24,000 bases of DNA from an uncultured Enterobacterales bacterium (lineage in GTDB: Bacteria; Pseudomonadota; Gammaproteobacteria; Enterobacterales; CALYQQ01): NCBI GenBank assembly GCA_945288535.1, contig CALYQQ010000003.1:108806-132805 (forward strand), read 5' to 3'. The notes under the pieces were generated by a model. It was given only the letters and a program-made list of their open reading frames with translations, was not told where the DNA came from and ran no database searches. This document shows, piece by piece, positions 17,508-24,000 of the stretch (positions within the stretch are counted from its first letter, which is position 1; the number at the start of each line of letters is the position of its first letter). Position numbers and translations under genes: made by a program.

Positions 17508-19655
17508 ATGGCAAAAAGGTATGTATCCCGTTCTGAAATAAAAGAATTGACACTACGTGGTATAATTGTTGGTGCATTGATTACCATTGTATTCACTGCA
17601 GCTAATCTTTATTTAGGATTAAAAGTTGGATTAACCTTTTCTACTGCTATTCCTGCAACAGTGATAGCAATGGGTATATTGCGTATCTTTTCTGATGCGA
17701 CTATTCTTGAATACAATATGGTTCAAACGCAAGCATCTGCTGCGGGCACATTATCATCCATCATTTTTGTATTACCTGGCTTGTTGATGATTGGTTATTG
17801 GCATAATTTTCACTTTTGGCAAACGTTATTCGTATGTGCTTCTGGTGGTATGTTAGGTGTTATCTTTACTATTCCACTTCGCCATGCCATGGTAGTTGAA
17901 AGTGATTTGCCTTATCCTGAAGGTGTTGCGGCTGCCGAAATTTTAAAAGCAAGTTGCCCGGCTGCGGAGAGCGGTGATGAAACGAGGCAAGAAAGTGATA
18001 ATACCAAAAAATCATGCTTGAAATATCCAACCAAACATAAAGATACGAAACTAAATAAACATTTACCTCAGCAGCAAAGCCAATTTTCAGATATTTTATT
18101 TGGTGGTATTTTAGCCTCTTTAGTTTCATTTGCAACATCAGGATTAAAAGTGCTTACGGAAAGCTATGGATATTGGTTTACCTACGGGCGTTCCATTTTT
18201 CAACTACCTTTAGGATTCTCATTAGCTATGCTGAGTGCTGGTTATCTTATAGGCACGATTTCGGGTATTGCAATTTTTATTGGTGTCTTAATAACATGGG
18301 GAATTATCGTACCGCTCCTTACTGCAGAACGCATTATGACAGATGGTATCTCCATTGCTGACTTTGCAACAATAATTTGGAAAAATGATGTTAGATTTAT
18401 CGGTGCAGGTACGTTGGCTATAGCTGCAGTATGGACGCTCTTTACCTTGATAAAACCTATTATAGATGGCATTAAACGCTCATTTAACATGATGAGTAAA
18501 ACTAGTAAGCATCGTGCTAAAATGGTAGCACACACAGAACAAGATTTACCACCAAGTATTATTTTAGGTATTAGTGGTATTACTTTTATTTTATTATTAG
18601 GCACCTTTTATTCTTTTATGGCTGATAGCGGATTACCTTATAATGTCATTTGGCCATTTGTCTTACTGACCGTGATTTTTTCCTTTGTTATTGGCTTCTT
18701 GGTTGCTAGCGTATGTGGCTATATGGCTGGATTAGTCGGTTCATCTACCAGCCCAATTTCAGGAATTGGGATTATTGCAATTATAATTATCTCATTATTA
18801 TTGTTATTTTTTGGTAACGTGGACGGCCTACTGACCACAAAGAGTGGTCACAATGTAATTATTGCCTTAGCAATATTTACAACAAGTGCTGTAATAGGCA
18901 TAGCCACTATTTCTAATGATAATTTACAAGACTTAAAGACAGGTTATCTTATTCGTGCAACACCCTGGCGGCAGCAAGTAGCCTTATTAATAGGTTGTGT
19001 TGTTGGAGCATCAGTAATTTCACCAGTATTGCAATTATTATATATGGCTTATGGTTTTACAGATGCTTTGCCACGCGCTGATATGGATGAACACCTTGCT
19101 CTTGCTGCACCACAAGCAATAATTATGACAACCATTTCGAAAGGAATATTCCAGCATAATATCGAATGGACAATGATTATTATTGGTATCTGTATCGGTG
19201 TTGTCATTATTGCAATCGATTCCATTTTAAAAACTTCAGGTAGTCACTTTCATATTCCAGCATTGGCGGTTGGTATGGGTATTTATTTGCCACCGGCTGT
19301 AACAATCCCATTAATTATTGGTTCATTATTGTCTTGGATTATTCGTCGTCGCGTTAAACGTTTGGCAATCCAACATGTTGTTGATTATCAAAACTACTAC
19401 AAACCGATTAAACATAAAGGAACGTTGATTGCCTCGGGTTTTATTGTTGGGGAAAGTTTAATTGGAGTATTAATGGCGGTAATTATTGTTATTAGTATTA
19501 ATTCAGGAAAGTCAGCAACACCATTAGCCATTGAGCATTGGTTAATATCAATTTATGGGGATAGTTGGCCAATTATACAATCTATTATCAGTATTGGGGT
19601 CTTCGTAGGATGTTGTGTAATATTTTATCATCGAACACTCAATATACATAAATGA
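17508..19655 (+). CDS. OPT-family oligopeptide transporter
   Basis: 715 aa and polytopic. The N-terminus ..ELTLRGIIVGALITIVFTAANLYLGLKVGLTFSTAIPATVIAM.. and LPYPEGVAAAEILKA, SPISGIGIIA and LQDLKTGYL are characteristic of bacterial OPT (TIGR00728-type) transporters. The SD is GGGAGA, 10 nt upstream. Confidence 0.85.
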   Translation: MAKRYVSRSEIKELTLRGIIVGALITIVFTAANLYLGLKVGLTFSTAIPATVIAMGILRIFSDATILEYNMVQTQASAAGTLSSIIFVLPGLLMIGYWHNFHFWQTLFVCASGGMLGVIFTIPLRHAMVVESDLPYPEGVAAAEILKASCPAAESGDETRQESDNTKKSCLKYPTKHKDTKLNKHLPQQQSQFSDILFGGILASLVSFATSGLKVLTESYGYWFTYGRSIFQLPLGFSLAMLSAGYLIGTISGIAIFIGVLITWGIIVPLLTAERIMTDGISIADFATIIWKNDVRFIGAGTLAIAAVWTLFTLIKPIIDGIKRSFNMMSKTSKHRAKMVAHTEQDLPPSIILGISGITFILLLGTFYSFMADSGLPYNVIWPFVLLTVIFSFVIGFLVASVCGYMAGLVGSSTSPISGIGIIAIIIISLLLLFFGNVDGLLTTKSGHNVIIALAIFTTSAVIGIATISNDNLQDLKTGYLIRATPWRQQVALLIGCVVGASVISPVLQLLYMAYGFTDALPRADMDEHLALAAPQAIIMTTISKGIFQHNIEWTMIIIGICIGVVIIAIDSILKTSGSHFHIPALAVGMGIYLPPAVTIPLIIGSLLSWIIRRRVKRLAIQHVVDYQNYYKPIKHKGTLIASGFIVGESLIGVLMAVIIVISINSGKSATPLAIEHWLISIYGDSWPIIQSIISIGVFVGCCVIFYHRTLNIHK

Positions 19656-19879
19656 TGTTCTTATAAAGTTTGACAAACTCTTTGGCGGATTACTTTGAGA
19701 TAGTTTTTTTACTTATTGAATATTATAAAATGGCATTTCATTTGGTAAATCTTAACATAGTGTTTTGAAGGAAAATTTAATCATCGCGTATAGATATAAA
19801 CCCTTTATTTTATTTGGCAATAAATTGTGTCAAAGATGATGTTAAATCAGAAATATCACAGTATTAATTTAACTCTCAA

Positions 19880-21049
19880 TCAAATACTGTTAATTGAATA
19901 ACTAAGAAATAAAATTAAGAGTGCTAATCCTGTGACAATTTCTAAAATGAGATTATGTTGATATAGAGAGTTGAACATTTGTTGTGTAAGTCGATGTATG
20001 TTTTTATCAGTAGATAATTTCTCTATGTGTCGCGCTTGTTTTTGTGTAGCAATTAACGTATCTAATTTATTATGGTGGTTTCCTAAATTCTGTGCTTTGA
20101 TTAGCGGGCTATCTTGCCTTTTTTGGTGTGAAATTATATCCGTTACACTTGCTACAGTTATGCCCATATTATCGGCAAGTTGCTTGATACTTTGGGTTCT
20201 TTTCTCATATTTTACAACTAACATCTGATCGATCACGTCTAGAAATTGAAATGAATAATTGTTTAAACCCCGTTTTGTTAAAGGAATATAAGGATCTTCA
20301 ACGTAACGAACCATACTGACAGGGGGCGGACTCCCCGTTATTAATGTATGAAGAACAGCTCCTAATGCATAAATATCTGTCCATGGGCCTAATTCATTAC
20401 TATTTTTGACATATTGTTCAATAGGAGCATAACCTGACTTCAGAATAATTTCATTTTGATTATCTAAATGACCAATAGCTTTTTTTGCTGAACCAAAATC
20501 AAGTAAAACGGGCAAACCGGATGGCTGGATCATGATATTATCCATGGCAATATCAAGATGAATGTAATTTTTTTGATGTAACGTATCAATAGCGCCAAGT
20601 AAGGGCGTCAGGATCTTTTTGAGCCATGCTTCATTTATCTTATCAGGCGATTCAGTACGATATTTTTTTAATGTTATCCCTTTATAGCGTTGAATAGCCA
20701 TGTAAGATGTATTATTGCTATTCCAAAAGCGAAATACATGCACTAAAGAGGGATGAGAAAATTGCGCTAATGCACGCGCTTCCTGTTCAAAGCTTTTTAA
20801 TCCAATATTGAAACTTTGCTGAAATCGTTCTTCACGTAGAGCAATACTATAATCATCTAAACGTTTTGCTAACGATGTTGGCATATATTCCTTGATAGCC
20901 AGCATTCTGTCCAATTGATGATCATAAGCTAAATAAACAATACCAAAACCACCTTCTCCAATGACATTCTTAATTTCAAATTCATGAAGTCGATAACCGA
21001 TTGGTAAACAATTGTTGATATTTGCCGATTGAACTGTTGAAGTTTTCAT
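19880..21049 (-). CDS. Hanks-type Ser/Thr protein kinase with a C-terminal tail-anchor TM helix and atypical catalytic loop HLDIAMDN
   Basis: The kinase motifs present are the G-loop GEGGFGIVY, the VAIK-like LAIKEY, the alphaC Glu in FEQEARAL, the catalytic loop IHLDIAMDNIM (20537-20560), DFG in LLDFGSAK, and the APE-like GYAPIEQY. One hydrophobic segment, LILEIVTGLALLILFLSYSI, ends 3-4 residues before the C-terminus. Confidence 0.85.
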   Translation of the reverse strand: MKTSTVQSANINNCLPIGYRLHEFEIKNVIGEGGFGIVYLAYDHQLDRMLAIKEYMPTSLAKRLDDYSIALREERFQQSFNIGLKSFEQEARALAQFSHPSLVHVFRFWNSNNTSYMAIQRYKGITLKKYRTESPDKINEAWLKKILTPLLGAIDTLHQKNYIHLDIAMDNIMIQPSGLPVLLDFGSAKKAIGHLDNQNEIILKSGYAPIEQYVKNSNELGPWTDIYALGAVLHTLITGSPPPVSMVRYVEDPYIPLTKRGLNNYSFQFLDVIDQMLVVKYEKRTQSIKQLADNMGITVASVTDIISHQKRQDSPLIKAQNLGNHHNKLDTLIATQKQARHIEKLSTDKNIHRLTQQMFNSLYQHNLILEIVTGLALLILFLSYSINSI

Positions 21050-21137
21050 ATCATTTTATATCTCGGGTATAGTTGTCTTTTTCTATACGAATAGTGCCAA
21101 TTAACCACTATCCGTAATAGGAAATAGTAATAACAGA

Positions 21138-23891
21138 TTACGAATAATCATAAGAAAAATCATTATGTTTAATATGAATATGTAATTTAGTTGGTTTTTC
21201 GTGGTCAGTTGATAATGTTAATAACGTTTTACTAATTTGTGGGAGTAACGTATTTGTTAGTATCGCATTAATCATTCGACCACCAGATTCAATCTCGGTA
21301 CAGCGCGATATAATTTGTTGGATTACAGCATCATCAAAACTACATACGATGCCATGATTTTTTAGTAACCTTTGTTGAATCCGGGCCAATTGTAAACGAA
21401 TAATATCGCCTAGCATCTCATCTGATAATGGATAATAGGGTATAACCAATAATCGACCTAATAAGGCCGCGGGGAATTTTTGTAATAATGGATTGCGTAA
21501 TGCATTAGCCAATACGTCAGGTTCAGGTAGGAGCTCAGGATCACTACATAAACCGGCGATTAATTCTGTACCCACATTCGATGTGAGAATGATGATTGTA
21601 TTGCGAAAATCAATATAACGACCTTCACCATCTTCCATCCATCCTTTATCGAATACTTGAAAAAATAGTTCGTGAACATCTGGATGAGCTTTTTCAATTT
21701 CATCCAATAACACAATACTATAGGGTCTACGACGCACGGCCTCTGTTAAAACACCGCCTTCACCATATCCAACATAACCAGGGGGAGCACCTTTTAAGGT
21801 TGAAACTGTATGGGCTTCCTGAAATTCACTCATATTAATCGTTATAATATTTTGTTCGCCACCATAGAGAGCTTCTGCAAGTGCGAGCGCTGTTTCTGTT
21901 TTACCAACACCGGAGGGACCGCACAACATGAATACACCAATAGGTTTATTAGGATCATCAAGTTGTGCCCGGGATGTTGCTACGCGCTTAGCAATTAACT
22001 CTAATCCATGGCGTTGGCCAATAACACGCTTATTGAGTGTATCAGCAAGTTTAAGTACGGATTCAATTTCATCTTTTACCATACGGCCTAATGGGATACC
22101 CGTCCAGTCAGAAACAACAGAAGCTACCGTGTTTGCATCTACTGCAGCAAAGATTAAAGGTGTTTCGCCCTGGAGTTCAGCTAATTGTTTTTGTATGGAT
22201 ACTAACCTTGCCATATTCGTTTGATGATCGGTAGATTGCTTAATTTTTTCAGCACCTATTGATACGGGATTATCCTCTGGTGTTTGCGTTAACGTTTTGG
22301 GTTCAATAGAGGGATTTATTGAGGTCTGATCTGATGATATGGCAGCAACTGCGTGATTATTTTCTTGTAATGCTGCACGCAATGTAATGATTTTTTCTAC
22401 GAGGGCTTTTTCTTGTTGCCAACGCATATATAATTCATCTAATTCTTTTTGCTTCTCAATCAATTGAGCTTCAATTTGTTGTGCACGTTCACGATTACCA
22501 ATACCTATGCTTGTTTCGCGTTTTGCAATACCTAATTCAATTATTAAATTTTCAATGATGCGTCGACAATTTTCTACTAACGCGGGTTCAGCATGTTGGC
22601 TAATGGCAACTCTAGCACAAGCAGTATCAAGTAAACTTACTGCCTTATCGGGTAGCTGACGAGCTGGTATGTAGCGGTGTGATAAGCGAACTGCCGCGTC
22701 AACTGCCTCGTCAAGTAATAAAACATGATGGTGTTGTTCAAGAAAACTGACACTTCCGCGTAACATAGTCAAAGCTTTGTCTTCATCAGGCTCCATGACT
22801 TGAACTAATTGAAATCGACGAGTTAGCGCAGGATCTTTTTCAATATATTTTTTGTATTCTGCCCATGTAGTGGCACCAATGGTACGCAGCTGCCCACGAG
22901 CCAGTGCTGGTTTTAGCAAGTTTGCGGCATCTCCAGTACCTGAAGCACCACCAGCACCAATCAATGTATGGATTTCATCAATAAATAAAATAATCGATTT
23001 AGGACTGCTTTGAACTTCTTCTATAACTGCTTTTAATCTGGTTTCAAATTCACCTTTCATACTGGCCCCTGCTTGTAACATGCCAATATCAAGTAAATAG
23101 AGTTGAATATCTTTTAGAGGAGGAGGTACATCACCTAGAGTAATACGTTGAGCTAATCCTTCAATAATAGCTGTTTTACCTACACCCGCCTCACCCGCTA
23201 ATAGAGGATTATTTTGACGGCGACGCATTAAAATATCAATAATTTGACGAATCTCCTCATCACGACCAATGACGTGATCCATATTACCTTGTTGGGCTTT
23301 TTCTGTCATATTAATAGCATATTGGTTCAATGCGCTTTTGTCATTTGATTTTAGCGTCGTGTTGTCTGTAGTGATCTCGTGATTAGTTGTAGCAGTGCTT
23401 GTCGGTTGAATATGTTCGGCTGAGTGGTGAGCAATGTTTTCAAATTCATCTATTAATTGATCGATTGTTATTTTCTCAAATTGTCTAGAAATACTCATTA
23501 AAGCATTACGCAAATTAAATGTTTTAATGATACCAATTAATAGATGACCACTGCGAATTTGACTTGCCCCATACTTAAGTGATCCATAAACCCAAGCACG
23601 TTCTACAGCACTATCGATATGCTCAGATAAATCTGAAATTGCACTAGCACCACGAGGTAAACGGTCTAATGTTAAAATTATATCTTTTTCTAATTGCTCT
23701 TGATTAATTGAAAAGCGAGTAATAATGCGTTGAATATCATTATCGGTTGTTTGTAATATTTGATGGAGCCAGTGAGCTAATTCAACATAAGGATTACCTC
23801 GTAATTTACAAAAAGCAGTGGCACTTTCTAATGATTTGAATAGAAAATTATTTAACTTTCCAAATAGAACGGCACGGCTAATCTCAGACAT
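21138..23891 (-). CDS. tssH: Type VI secretion system AAA+ ATPase ClpV (TssH)
   Basis: The N-terminus MSEISRAVLFGKLNNFLFKSLESATAFCKLRGNPYVELAHWLHQILQ is the ClpV1-family signature. There are two AAA+ modules: Walker A GEAGVGKTA with Walker B ILFIDEIHTL, and Walker A GPSGVGKTE with Walker B IVLLDEIEKAH. The start was set to the ATG at 23891, 20 codons inside the track ORF. Confidence 0.9.
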   Translation of the reverse strand: MSEISRAVLFGKLNNFLFKSLESATAFCKLRGNPYVELAHWLHQILQTTDNDIQRIITRFSINQEQLEKDIILTLDRLPRGASAISDLSEHIDSAVERAWVYGSLKYGASQIRSGHLLIGIIKTFNLRNALMSISRQFEKITIDQLIDEFENIAHHSAEHIQPTSTATTNHEITTDNTTLKSNDKSALNQYAINMTEKAQQGNMDHVIGRDEEIRQIIDILMRRRQNNPLLAGEAGVGKTAIIEGLAQRITLGDVPPPLKDIQLYLLDIGMLQAGASMKGEFETRLKAVIEEVQSSPKSIILFIDEIHTLIGAGGASGTGDAANLLKPALARGQLRTIGATTWAEYKKYIEKDPALTRRFQLVQVMEPDEDKALTMLRGSVSFLEQHHHVLLLDEAVDAAVRLSHRYIPARQLPDKAVSLLDTACARVAISQHAEPALVENCRRIIENLIIELGIAKRETSIGIGNRERAQQIEAQLIEKQKELDELYMRWQQEKALVEKIITLRAALQENNHAVAAISSDQTSINPSIEPKTLTQTPEDNPVSIGAEKIKQSTDHQTNMARLVSIQKQLAELQGETPLIFAAVDANTVASVVSDWTGIPLGRMVKDEIESVLKLADTLNKRVIGQRHGLELIAKRVATSRAQLDDPNKPIGVFMLCGPSGVGKTETALALAEALYGGEQNIITINMSEFQEAHTVSTLKGAPPGYVGYGEGGVLTEAVRRRPYSIVLLDEIEKAHPDVHELFFQVFDKGWMEDGEGRYIDFRNTIIILTSNVGTELIAGLCSDPELLPEPDVLANALRNPLLQKFPAALLGRLLVIPYYPLSDEMLGDIIRLQLARIQQRLLKNHGIVCSFDDAVIQQIISRCTEIESGGRMINAILTNTLLPQISKTLLTLSTDHEKPTKLHIHIKHNDFSYDYS

Positions 23892-24000
23892 AATTTTATA
23901 TCCTATAATAATACGAAATGTTTTAAGGTTGATATAAGAAGGTAATAACAACTAGTTAAGTAATAAAAAGATATTATTTTTTAAGCTAAGTTGTTTCCAA

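Noticed and set aside
21596-22224. Three plus-strand ORFs (80, 62 and 98 aa) inside clpV. Similar antisense or out-of-frame ORFs occur at 4711-4908, 7457-7687, 9528-9710, 11314-11508, 12249-12434, 17869-18138, 18173-18361, 18242-18604 and 19971-20228.
   Set aside because: All are fully nested in, and mostly antisense to, long genes with clear homology. None has a recognisable motif or an SD-like start context.

Overview
AT-rich gammaproteobacterial chromosome segment with Enterobacterales-like gene content. No tRNA, rRNA, IS element, integrase or prophage gene was recognised. The conserved core is ldhA plus the block lasT(yjtD)-thrL-thrA-thrB-thrC-yaaA, which is collinear with the E. coli K-12 region around coordinate 1. 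The left 2.9 kb is decayed. It holds a yhbQ-like GIY-YIG gene killed by two nonsense codons, about 0.65 kb of almost G/C-free non-coding DNA, and a collapsed type I-E CRISPR-Cas locus. That locus is a frameshifted cas3 HD fragment joined directly to a frameshifted cas1 fragment, joined in frame to the last codons of cas2, then an AT-rich leader, two repeats and one spacer. An AT-rich SRPBCC + MarR gene pair with a near-consensus promoter follows. To the right of yaaA the E. coli synteny breaks. That side carries an AT-rich islet with one orphan 162-aa ORF, then the yjjW-yjjI glycyl-radical enzyme pair (substrate unknown). A 1-kb divergent intergenic region follows, then an OPT-family transporter. 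At the right edge a tail-anchored Hanks-type kinase with an atypical catalytic loop sits just downstream of the T6SS ATPase clpV/tssH. I did not find a complete, clearly novel multi-gene system inside the window. The best leads are the kinase/T6SS edge, the orphan ORF islet, the uncharacterised YjjI/YjjW radical enzyme pair, and the unusually legible CRISPR-Cas deletion scars. All homology statements come from my recollection of E. coli protein sequences and family motifs, not from a database search.
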